Below are positions 33,333 through 42,829 of a stretch of 64,000 nt of DNA, one piece after another. The position numbers and the translations under genes are program-made. The notes under the pieces were generated by a model. It was not told the DNA's origin. It saw only the letters and a program-made list of their open reading frames with translations, and did not search any database. The stretch comes from Hyaloraphidium curvatum SAG 235-1 (Eukaryota; Fungi; Monoblepharomycota): contig JAIVFI010000012.1 of assembly GCA_025558095.1 (NCBI GenBank), positions 620,001 through 684,000 on the forward strand. The letters run 5' to 3'. Position 1 is the first letter of the stretch, and every line of letters begins with the position of its first letter.

Positions 33333-34403
33333 ATGGCGGCGTCTACCAACGCTCGCCCGGCCCCGAACCTCTCGGGCGGAGGGCGTCCGGGCGACCATCC
33401 GGAAGTCAATCTCTGGCTGCGTCACAAGAGCTCCATTCGGAACGGCATTGTGGGGCTCCCCCCGAGTATCGCCGTCTCGGAGACGGACAGCAAAGCGTTC
33501 AAGAAATACTCGCTGTTCATCATCGAAAATATGAAGGTCGATGGGAAGCTCGTGTACTCACACAAGCTGCACGAAGTCGCCCGGTCGGAGACTCCCGTGG
33601 GTACTCGCCGGGTTCACCTTCCCCTGAGAAACTGATCTTTCGGGTACGCGTCGCCAGACCAAAGATTCCCTCGTCGCGTGTCTTTGGACCTCAGCCTCCG
33701 TCATGTACAAGGCCGCCGTCAGGAGCGCCGGAAGTCCCTGTACCGCATTGATCCAGACCGGTCACGAGAGAGAGAAGGGCCCGTGCCCGAACGAGCCGAA
33801 GTCGACATTCAACCTTTTGGCGGCCGAGCGGCTGTCGAGACCCGGGGGAGAGGGCTTCGAGCTCATTATTCGGGTGCTCGACGACCACGTGCTCAAGTTC
33901 ATCAAGAACAAGTAGGTGCTTTCCATCGACGAGTCTCCCAGTTCTTCTAACGCGAATACTGCAGCTTCGGCAATCTCAAATTCGGCCACAAGAACCTCAC
34001 CGAAGTCGTCGTGCCCATTTTTGCGGCCTACGCCTCGGGCACTGCCGGACCAAACAGCTTGCCGGAGCAGATCGAACTGCAGCTCCGTCAGGACCTCCCG
34101 TGGATCAACCTGAAGCTACTGACCCCGCGGTGGTGAGCCATTCGTTCACAGCGGTGACGAACGGACTTGATTCTGGTTGCCTCCAGGTGCGACGCCGTCA
34201 AGAGCATCGTCATTGGCATTTTCCCGAGGGTCGGAATCCCCGGCGTGGATGTCGACGACGAAGACGTGCTCTTGGCTCGGGAGGGAGAGTTCTGGGGGCA
34301 TTGGGTGTGTCATCCGGATCACCTGCGTCCCCAGCCGTGCGTGTATGCGAAGGGTGCGAAGCTGCTCCGTTCGAGGTGGCGCGCGAGGTGGAAACCGTAC
34401 TGA
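33333..34403 (+). CDS. Hypothetical protein, 4 exons, divergent from the C2H2 gene; lies inside the ACS locus
   Basis: MAASTNARP..RSETP|TKDSLVACLW..FIKN|NFGNLKFGHK..LTPR|WCDAVKSIVIG..RWKPY*; three clean GT-AG introns keep the frame. Confidence 0.6.
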
Positions 34404-34478
34404 GCAACGGTGGATTCCGCAATTGTAGACATCTAATGCAGCAGCCGCTGGCGGATACAGCTCCATATGGTGCAGTCC

Positions 34479-36209
34479 GATGTAGCCGTCTCCGGTCCGG
34501 TAGAAACCGTTCTCCAGGAACGCCGACCTCGTCGCCTCGGGATTCCTATAGTACCCCTTGATGATGTTGACCCCACGGATCCAGAACTCGCCGATTTCGC
34601 CCTTTGGGAGCTCCCGCATGGTGTCGGGATCGCAGACGATGACCTCGTTCAGGGGGTGCGCGATGCCGGCCGAATCGGGGTAATTGACGTAGTCTGGGAT
34701 GATTGCTTGTCAACAGGCGACTATTCAAAGGGCAGGAAAGCTCACCCATGCCGGAGATGCTCGTCGCGACGGGCGACGCCTCGGTCATCCCCCATGCAGT
34801 GCCGGGCGAGCCCTTGAACACCTTGGCGAAGTTGACGGCGAGCTCCGGGTGCGCGGGCGCGCCGCCGTAGCCGGCCGCAATGAAGCTGCTCAGGTCGCGC
34901 TTGCCGTTGGTGGCGTCGGGGTGCTCGACCAGCATCATGATCTGCGGCAGCCATTGTGAGCTCCAGCCGTCCTTCGCGATCCGGAGATGAACCCACGATG
35001 GCGGGCACGGCGCTCATCCCCGTCACCCTCTCCTTCTCGATGACCCTGAGCGCGTCCCCGGCCTCGAACTTGTACGCGATCACGAGCTTGCCCCCGTTGA
35101 GCGTGGCGCCGCCCAGGATCGAGATGGCCGTGACGTGGAACAGCGGCACGACGAGCAGGGTGACGCCCTGCGGGTCCGAGGGGCCGAGGGGCAGGCTGGG
35201 TAGGGGCATGGCGGCGCGCACTGAGGGGAGGAGGCCGGTTTGGATCGTCCGCGAGTGGCGGAAGAGGGAACCCACTGGCGCCGCGCAGCTGGCCGAGCAT
35301 GCCCACCCATTGGTTCGCGATGAAGTTCCTGTGACTCCCCAGAGCCGCTTTGGGACGCCCGGTAGTCCCAGAAGTGAACAGGACTGGCAAGCAGAAGGCG
35401 GGGTCAGCTAGGTCCGCCCAAACCCATGCCGGCAACCCACTCGTCGCGTCATCGTCGGGGTGGATGTCGACGGGAGCCAGCGACGCCCGCCCCGCCTCGT
35501 GCTTCTTCATGACCGCCTCCCAGAGCACCGTCCCCTCGTACGCGGCTTTGGCCCCGCCGGGCTGGCTTCCGGATCGCGCGAGGATAAACTCGGCCACTCC
35601 CCCGCGCTTGAGCTCGGGGATCCTGGGCAGCAGCCTCTCGTGCCGCTCGGGGTCGATGATGGCGACCTTGGCGTCCGCCAGGGTGATGCAGTACGCGAGC
35701 TCGTCCGTCACCAACCAGGCGTTGACCATGGCGGGGATCGCGCCGAGGCAGATGGTGGCCCAGAAGGCGACAATCCATTCCCTGGTGGAAACGGCGGACT
35801 CAATTGACGCCGGCGGACGCGGAAAGCGGCCAGGGACCCACGGGTAGTTGCGCATCGCAATCACGACGCGGTCGCCCTTGCCGACGCCGTAATCCCTGCT
35901 CATCGCGTTGGCCAGGGCGTTGACACGCGCCGCCGTCTCCCCGTAGGTCAGCCGGTCCTCGACCTTGGTGAACGGGCACTCGTAGATGAGGTACTCGCGG
36001 GGCGCATGCTTCGCGACGACATCCTCCCAATACTGCCGCAAATTGGCGTAGCAGTTCTTGAAGGTTCGGAGCCAGCGTTTCTTCCCAGTGTGCCAAGGCA
36101 CCTGTTCGTATTGTGTCTCGCAGATGCCCCCCTCCGTTTCCATGATTATCCTCTCGCATTCCGCCAGGGTCGGGACCGCAGGGGCGGCGGGGGCGGCAAC
36201 GGCGGCCAT
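34479..36209 (-). pseudogene. Acyl-CoA synthetase (ANL/AMP-binding, FadD-like), main 5' part; apparently disrupted after the RTGD motif
   Basis: GVGKGDRVVIAMRN, LFTSGTTGRPKA, VPLFHVT, GYGGAP, AWGMTE, GEFWIRGVNIIKGYY, FYRTGD; several introns; the next ~40 conserved residues were not found. Confidence 0.8.
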
Positions 36210-36564
36210 AGTTCCGGACACGGGCCCGCCGGAGGGGTCGGACGGGCCGGAAGGGGTGCGCGGGAAGGAGTGGGGGACGGTGGGGAGGGAGCTTCGGCAA
36301 AACTTGCGGCAGACCGATGACTCCAGCGTTCGACAACCACCCATTACGCCCGAACCTGGTTCCAATCGACCACCGGGAGCCCAATTTTCATCAATAAAAT
36401 TGAGGACCCATGCCGATTGCGCGGGACGATCTCGCCGACTGCGCCCCTGAAAAGTTGGACTCGCGCAAGAGCGGATGCCGATCGCACGATCCTACCGAGA
36501 CGGCGCAGCGCGCGGGCAATCGGCTTCGGAATTTGGCTTCCAAGGCAAAACTCTATAGTCGCCT

Positions 36565-38016
36565 TCACGCGCTCTCCTTCTCCGCTGCCGGCGGCGCACC
36601 CTGCTCCGGATCGGCCGCGCCAGCCTCCGCCTTCTGCTCCTTGGCGTGCTCCCTCGCCGCCCTCCTCGCCTCCATCCTCCCCATCAGCGCCTGCGGCCCC
36701 CCGATCCCCACGCACGCCAGGTGCGACGCAAACACCGCCACCGTGATGGGGAACAGCACCTCGACGTTCCAGAAGAAGGACAGGAACGAGAGCAGGATCC
36801 AGCTCGCCGGCGCGCGCACGAACGAGGCAACGACGGCCGGCATGCCGGCGTTCAGCGCCACGGCGCGGTCCAGGCCCGTCCAGGTTGCCGCGGCGGAGCC
36901 CATCATGGTCCCCATGGAGAGGGTAGGGAACACGGGGCCGCCGACGAGCCCGCACGCTTCGCAGGTCCAGAAGCTGACGGACTTGGCGGCGATCGAGGCG
37001 GCGAGCAGCCAGCCCGGCAGGAGGGGGCCGAGGGCGACGACGGAGGCGAGGGTGGGCTCGCCGGTGCCGAAGGTCAGGGGGAGGCCGTAGGTGATCAGGC
37101 CGCAGATGGCGCCGGCGAGGGTCGTCAGCAGGGGGATCCGCGCGCGCGCGCCGAGGCGGGCGTCCAGGGGCTTCTTGAGTGCGGTAACGAGGGCGCGGAC
37201 GATGCCGCCGATGAGGAGGTGGATGAAGCCGATGGCGGCGCCGGCGAGGCCGACGACCAGGGCGGCGGCAAAGTCCCAGACGCGCGCGTTTCGTTCGCCC
37301 TCGTAACGCAGGGCGAGGGCGCTCGCGTCGAGGTATGTGGGCACCTGCAGCGCCGTGTAGACGGCGAAGGAGGCGGTGGCCCCGGCGGCGGCCAGCGCGG
37401 TTGCCGCGGGCCCCTGCGGCCCGCCGATCTCGGACGAGATTAGCAGCGAGAGCAGGGGCGACGGGAACAGCGGGGCGAGCGCGGCCGCGGCGCCGGCGCC
37501 CACGAGGTCGGGCATGGCGGCCTGCGGCAGCAGCTTGGCGCGGATCAGCAGCCACGCCGTTACGTGCCCCGCCAGGCACCCCGCGGCGCCGAGCCCGGCT
37601 TCCGGGCCCATCGAAATGCCGCCGCACACGCCGACGACGCACAAGAGACACACGCGCAGCGCGATCCACGGCTCCACGGCCTTCTCGGCGAGATCCTGCG
37701 CGAACGACGGGTAGGCATCCAATCCCGTCAGTGCTTTGCCGAGGCCGACGATGAGCCCCGCCGCCGCCGTCACGCCGATCCACCACGGCGCGCCGGCGCC
37801 CGGGAACAGCGACGCCGGCAGCTGCGGGAAGCCGGCGTCGCCCGCGGCCGACCACGCGGCGGGCGCCTTGCGGATCGCCAGGACGTAGCCGGTCGCAAAC
37901 AGCCCGAGCACGCCGCCGCACACGACCGCGCCCGCGAAGGACACCCAGAACGTCCGCGTGTTGGCATATGGAGGGCCGAGCGGGGATGCCGGCGCCGCCG
38001 GAGTCTGGGAGGCCAT
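36565..38016 (-). CDS. CLC-family channel/transporter, bacterial YfeO-like; intronless
   Basis: GGISMGPEAG (GxE motif), LTFGTGE, GLVGGPVFP; many TM segments; no CBS domains. Confidence 0.78.
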   Translation of the reverse strand: MASQTPAAPASPLGPPYANTRTFWVSFAGAVVCGGVLGLFATGYVLAIRKAPAAWSAAGDAGFPQLPASLFPGAGAPWWIGVTAAAGLIVGLGKALTGLDAYPSFAQDLAEKAVEPWIALRVCLLCVVGVCGGISMGPEAGLGAAGCLAGHVTAWLLIRAKLLPQAAMPDLVGAGAAAALAPLFPSPLLSLLISSEIGGPQGPAATALAAAGATASFAVYTALQVPTYLDASALALRYEGERNARVWDFAAALVVGLAGAAIGFIHLLIGGIVRALVTALKKPLDARLGARARIPLLTTLAGAICGLITYGLPLTFGTGEPTLASVVALGPLLPGWLLAASIAAKSVSFWTCEACGLVGGPVFPTLSMGTMMGSAAATWTGLDRAVALNAGMPAVVASFVRAPASWILLSFLSFFWNVEVLFPITVAVFASHLACVGIGGPQALMGRMEARRAAREHAKEQKAEAGAADPEQGAPPAAEKESA

Positions 38017-38174
38017 CGCGAGATCCGCGACGTTGTTTGCGACGCGTCGGCGGGCTGGTGGGCACAAGCCCCGATGCATCATTTCACCTCGCGTGACATC
38101 CGGCCAACCGAGGACGGACTTGGTCCATCGCAGTCTCTGAGGCCGGTCGATTGGTAGAAGTGCCCTCCTGCCCA

Positions 38175-39839
38175 CTACGCACGCTCGTGGACCACCCTGC
38201 CCTCGAACACGGTCATCACCGCCTCCGTCCCGCCAATCTCCGCCTCCTCCACCGCGTACACGTCCCTGTCCAGCACCGCGACGTTGCACCACCTCCCCAC
38301 CTCGAGCGTCCCCGCCTCCCCTTCGAGCCCGAGCGCCCTCGCGTTGCGCGCCGTGAACACCTCCAGCGCCCTCCCGACGGGGATCGCCTGCCCGGGGTTG
38401 TGCCTGTTCCCGGCGGCGTCGGCGCGCGTGACCATCCCCGCGATGCCGATCCACGGGTTCATGCTCACGGCGGCGGCGGGCCAGTCCGAGCCCGCGAGGA
38501 CGGGGGTCTCCGAGGAGAGGAAGTCCTTGATGGGGAAGTAGCCGTCGGTGCGGTGATCCCCGACGCAGCGGCGGATGTCAGCCATGATGGGGGAGGGTTT
38601 GAAGAGGTACGGCGAGAGATCGGCGACGGCGTTGAGCTGCTTGAAGCGGGGCAGGTCCTCCGGGTGCACGAAACCCGCGTGGGCGAGCTCGTGTCCGAGG
38701 CGGTCGGTGCCGTTGGCCTTGCGCGCCGCCTCGATGGCGTCGAGCGCGGCACGGATGGCACCGTCGCCGGCCGCGTGGAGCTTGACGGTGAACCCGCGGG
38801 CGTCGAGCTGCGTGACGTCGTTGGCGAGGGTGGCGCCCGAGATGTGCAGCGAGCCGTGGTGCCCCGGCGGGAAGCCCGGGTCGGGGAGGTACGGGTCGAT
38901 CATGCAGGCCGAGCGCGACTCGCAGAGAGGCACGCCGTCGAGGTACAGCTTGACGTGGCGGGTGTCGATGCGCTCCGTCTTGTAGGCGTCGCGGAGCCGC
39001 TCCAGCTCGGCGTAGTCGAGCGGCGTCTCCCTGTGTCCGAACGGCGTGGCCAGGCACGCGGCGATCCGCAGCGTGAGCGCCCCGGCCCTGTCGGCGTCGC
39101 TGTACGCCTTGAGGAGCGGCTCGGCGACGTTGGCGTCCTTGAGCCCGCACAGGCCGTAGGCGGCGGCGCGCTTGCAGAGTTCGGCGAGGGCGGCGCGGTA
39201 CTGCTCCTGCGACCAGTCGGGCCAGCGCGTGCGCGCGTTCATGTCCACCTCTTCGACCAGCAGGCCGGTCGGCTTGCCCGCGGCGTCGCGGACGACCTTG
39301 CCCCCCTTGGGATCCACGAAATTGTCGTCGATGCCGAGGTGCTCCAGCGCCCGGGAATTCGCCCATCCGTTGTGCCCCGATTCCTCGCGGATGTACACCG
39401 CGCGCCCCCGCGACCGCGCGTCGAGCCACTCGCGCGGCGTGGGCACCAGCTCCCCCGCGTACCGCGACAGAAAGTCCGAGCCGATGCGGCCGCCCATGAC
39501 GTACTCGACGTGCGGGTTCGCGTCGAAGAACTTCCCGAGCGCGGCCTCGATCTCCGCGGGGGTCGACGAGGTCGGGAACGCGGCCGAGAAGAGCGACACG
39601 GCGGTGCCCGTAAGCGGGTGCACGTGCGCGTCGATCAGTGCGGGGATCGCACGGCGGCCGGCGAGGTCGACGACCTTTGTTTCGGGCCCGCGCAGGCGGA
39701 GCACGTCGGCCGCGGGGCCGACGGCGACGACGCGCCCGCCGCGCGCGGCGAGCGCCTCGGCTTCATCGCCCGATGCGGCGGAGATGGTGATGCGGCCGTT
39801 GGTGAGGATCAGATCCGCGTGAGCATCCGGCGAGGCCAT
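38175..39839 (-). CDS. Amidohydrolase 3 family (YtcJ-like) metallohydrolase; intronless
   Basis: VVDLAGRRAIPALIDAHVH, SGHNGWANS, GKPTGLLVE, VKLYLDG, LHAAGD, HELAH, GSDWP, GTLEVG, TVFEGRVV. Confidence 0.92.
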   Translation of the reverse strand: MASPDAHADLILTNGRITISAASGDEAEALAARGGRVVAVGPAADVLRLRGPETKVVDLAGRRAIPALIDAHVHPLTGTAVSLFSAAFPTSSTPAEIEAALGKFFDANPHVEYVMGGRIGSDFLSRYAGELVPTPREWLDARSRGRAVYIREESGHNGWANSRALEHLGIDDNFVDPKGGKVVRDAAGKPTGLLVEEVDMNARTRWPDWSQEQYRAALAELCKRAAAYGLCGLKDANVAEPLLKAYSDADRAGALTLRIAACLATPFGHRETPLDYAELERLRDAYKTERIDTRHVKLYLDGVPLCESRSACMIDPYLPDPGFPPGHHGSLHISGATLANDVTQLDARGFTVKLHAAGDGAIRAALDAIEAARKANGTDRLGHELAHAGFVHPEDLPRFKQLNAVADLSPYLFKPSPIMADIRRCVGDHRTDGYFPIKDFLSSETPVLAGSDWPAAAVSMNPWIGIAGMVTRADAAGNRHNPGQAIPVGRALEVFTARNARALGLEGEAGTLEVGRWCNVAVLDRDVYAVEEAEIGGTEAVMTVFEGRVVHERA

Positions 39840-40340
39840 TGCTGTTTGGTTCTTGGGAGACGATCGACGCGATCGACGTGCGGCACGTGGAGAGCCGTCG
39901 CGTCCAGACGGCAAGATTCCACAGGAGCCCACCGGAAAGGGGGCGCGAAAGCAGCGTACGGCAATGTAGAAAGCGATTAGGGAGTTTGGGTCGTTGACCC
40001 GTCCGATCGGCTTGCCTGTGGTGGTTGGCAGCCGGAGTCACGGAGTGAGGCGCGATCGGCCGCCAAAAATACTCGAGTGGCGAGGACTGCCTCCCGCTCA
40101 AAAGATAACGCGACGTGTCGACTTGTTGCAGGCAGGACGCTCGAGCCCTGTAGTCGACCTCGAGATAACGCATTTGTCGCCGGCAGGGCGGCCAGAGCGC
40201 GCCATCGAACTCGGAAAACCCCGGCAGCGAGAGCCCGAGTTCCTCCACCTGCTAACCCGAGCCCGACGAGGGTTCGCTCGGTCCACTCGCGCCGGTATAG
40301 ACGCGGATCGCGAGTTGCATTCCTCCTCCGTTCGCCCACG

Positions 40341-41453
40341 ATGCCCATCGTGCACATGAACTATTTGCCGCATGGCAACATCATCCTCGACCCTCAGAAC
40401 AAGTACCCCGTCATGAAGGAGGACACGCAGGTGGGATTTCCCGTCGTACGACCCCACCGGTCTCGCTCACTGCCGCGCGCGCAGGCCAGCCACGATTCGA
40501 TGCTCCAGGCCGCCAAGCTCGTCGCATCGCACAAACCCGACCTGGTCATCCTCACGTTCCCGCATGGCACGGCGTCCAACCAGGATTTCACCGTCTACAC
40601 CAAGGCGCCCTTCTCCTCGGGCACCGCCGAGTGGCTCGGGGAATGGACGGACTTCCGCGTGCGGGTGCCCGTGGACGTCAAGGCGACGGACGTGCTGTGC
40701 GACGAGGCCGAGGCCAAGGGGTTCGGGATCGCGAGGCTGGTCACGGCGGGTGGGGCGCCGGGAGCCGAGCATTTCATGCGGTGGAGCGAGGTCGTGCCGA
40801 TCTGGTTCCTGGAGGAGGAGCTCGGAGGCAAGGTGCCCTACATCCTAATCCAGAAGCCGCTCGTGGCGACCATGTGGGTACGCACCGCGGTACTTGCCCG
40901 GTGCCGTGCCGAGCATCTGTTTCCAGGACCGACCCCGTGTCGAAGAAGGACACGCTCCTCGAGTTCGGTAACTTCCTGTACGACCTCTGCACCACCGGCG
41001 CCCTCGCATCGCGGCGCATCGTGCTCGCCGTCTCGGGTGACCAGGCCCATACCCTCAAGCCCAAGTACTCGGGTCTTGAGCTGGGCCTACCGGGCGCTAG
41101 CGACTCGGTGGGGCTCGAGGGGGTCGACGATTCGCAGGCGACCCCGTTCGGGGTGCACCCCCACGGCGCCATGTTCGACGCGGCAATGCGGAAGTGGTTC
41201 GGAACTCTGGATCCGAAGGATTTCGAGGATTCGTACCAGTACATGAAGAGCGCGATCGTGGGTGGACGCGCCGCCGATCGGGGTGCCGCTGACGGTGTCG
41301 GCGCAGGCGTGCGGTGCCGCGGGGCTCATGTCGCTCCAGCGGATCGTGGAGAGGTTCAAGGCTGACGGGAAGAAGGTGAACTGCGAGGTGCTGGCGGACA
41401 TTGCGCCGACATACTACGGCATGGTGACGGCGGTGTTCAACGTCGGGCCTTGA
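40341..41453 (+). CDS. LigB/Memo-like (class III extradiol dioxygenase subunit B fold) protein; multi-exon
   Basis: LPHG, KPDLVILTFPHG, WSEVVPIWFL, IVLAVSGDQAH, FDAAM..W, ACG, APTYYGM; introns at about 40431-40484, 40875-40926 and 41260-41306. Confidence 0.72.
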
Positions 41454-41772
41454 AAGGATGCTGCATCGAAAATAGACGAGCCGACCCTGTGTAGCCGATG
41501 GAACGGGTCACGAAGCGGCAGTGGCCCAAATCATTGGTTTTTCCTTGCTCTTGTGCTCCTCTGTCCTTTCGTTTCTATCGCATTCGCGAGGGACGCGCCG
41601 CTTTATTGCCGCTTTGCGGACCCCGAGACCCTCCGCAACGCCGCCGCAATTTTGCGGGAGCCGTGCCGTCAATCGGGGAAACGGACCCCACCGGTCCCCT
41701 GTGCGACGGTAACAAAAGGCCGGCGTCCGCGGGCAGCGATGCCGCGCCCTCTGCCCCCCGCCGCACCGCGAT

Positions 41773-42579
41773 ATGCGCATCCCGCTGTTGCTCCCCGCCG
41801 CCATGGCGCTCTGCGCAGTTGCGGGCGCAACGGCCGTGCTCCCGCCTCAGGCGGCCAACGCTCTCGGTGCTGCCCTGGAGGGCGCGAAGGGGTTGAGTGA
41901 GCCTGTTGCGGTGCCCGCCGGGAGGAGAGAGAGGCGGTGCGTCGCGCCTCGGTAGCCACCACGGACCAGAGTGACCCCCGGCCGTGCCCCGCAGCCAAGC
42001 CAAAGGACCTGCCAAGCAGCCTGCGAAAAAGGCGACAAAGAAGGCGGCCAAGAAGCAAACGGCCAAGAAGAAGGCCGTCCCCTCGCCGGCACCGAAGAAG
42101 GCCGCCGCGCCCAAGAAGGCTCCGGCCCCACCCCCGCCCCCGCCTCCTCCGCCCCCGCCCCCCCAGCCTCCTGCAGCTCCGTGGGTGGCCCCCTACCAGC
42201 CCATATGGTCGACCATGCCGACGTCGTGGTGCTCCGAGATCCTGCGCGTCATGAAGGTACGATGCCTCCTCATTCCCGCAGTGCTGACGCCCAATCCTGA
42301 CATCCGTCTGCCCCGCTCGACGTGCAGGACGACTGGGGCAACATCTATTGCGAAGCCAACGCCAACGGCGACGGATGCAACTGGCGCTACGCCGACCCCC
42401 AGACCCGGGCCAACCCGCCCGCCTGGCCGACCTGGTTCCGGATCCCGAACGATTGGATCCGGGGAAACGACTGGGCGATGCTGGTCTACTACGACCTGCA
42501 TCAGGACGGCTGTGGGCCGTACTGCCCGCTGCCGCCGAAGGGGCGGCTGCTGTGGAACGGGCCGGGCGAGGGTTGCTAG
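41773..42579 (+). CDS. Secreted protein with Lys/Ala-rich and poly-Pro linker and a Cys/Trp-rich C-terminal domain; 3 exons
   Basis: Signal MRIPLLLPAAMALCAVAGA; KKATKKAAKK, PPPPPP; DDWGNIYCE..CNW..WPTWF..CGPYCP..GC*. Confidence 0.65.
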
Positions 42580-42829
42580 GCCTCCCCGATCACTTGGGGG
42601 TGGATGGGCGGTGTGGAGATATCAACACCGTGCTGCACTGCTTCCGTCGTGAATCCAAAACATATGTGATATCCGACCTGATCAATAGCACGTTCGCCTG
42701 GTCTCTTGGCCGGCTCCTGGCAGGTTGCCGTCCCCTCGCACTCGCAGCCATCGAGACATCGGCACGAGGCACGTGCCTCTCCGCCTCTTCAGGCCGTCCT
42801 CATGCTGCCATGAGGTCCACGTCACCGCG

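Noticed and set aside
31511-34478. Classification as a DNA transposon, Helitron or LTR element
   Set aside because: No TIRs, LTRs, TC..CTRR ends, clean flanking TSD or transposase/RT motifs seen; kept only as an unexplained insertion
38151-39980. Long antisense ORFs here and at 39-1586, 12760-14394 and 16470-18599
   Set aside because: Shadow ORFs of real GC3-rich genes on the opposite strand
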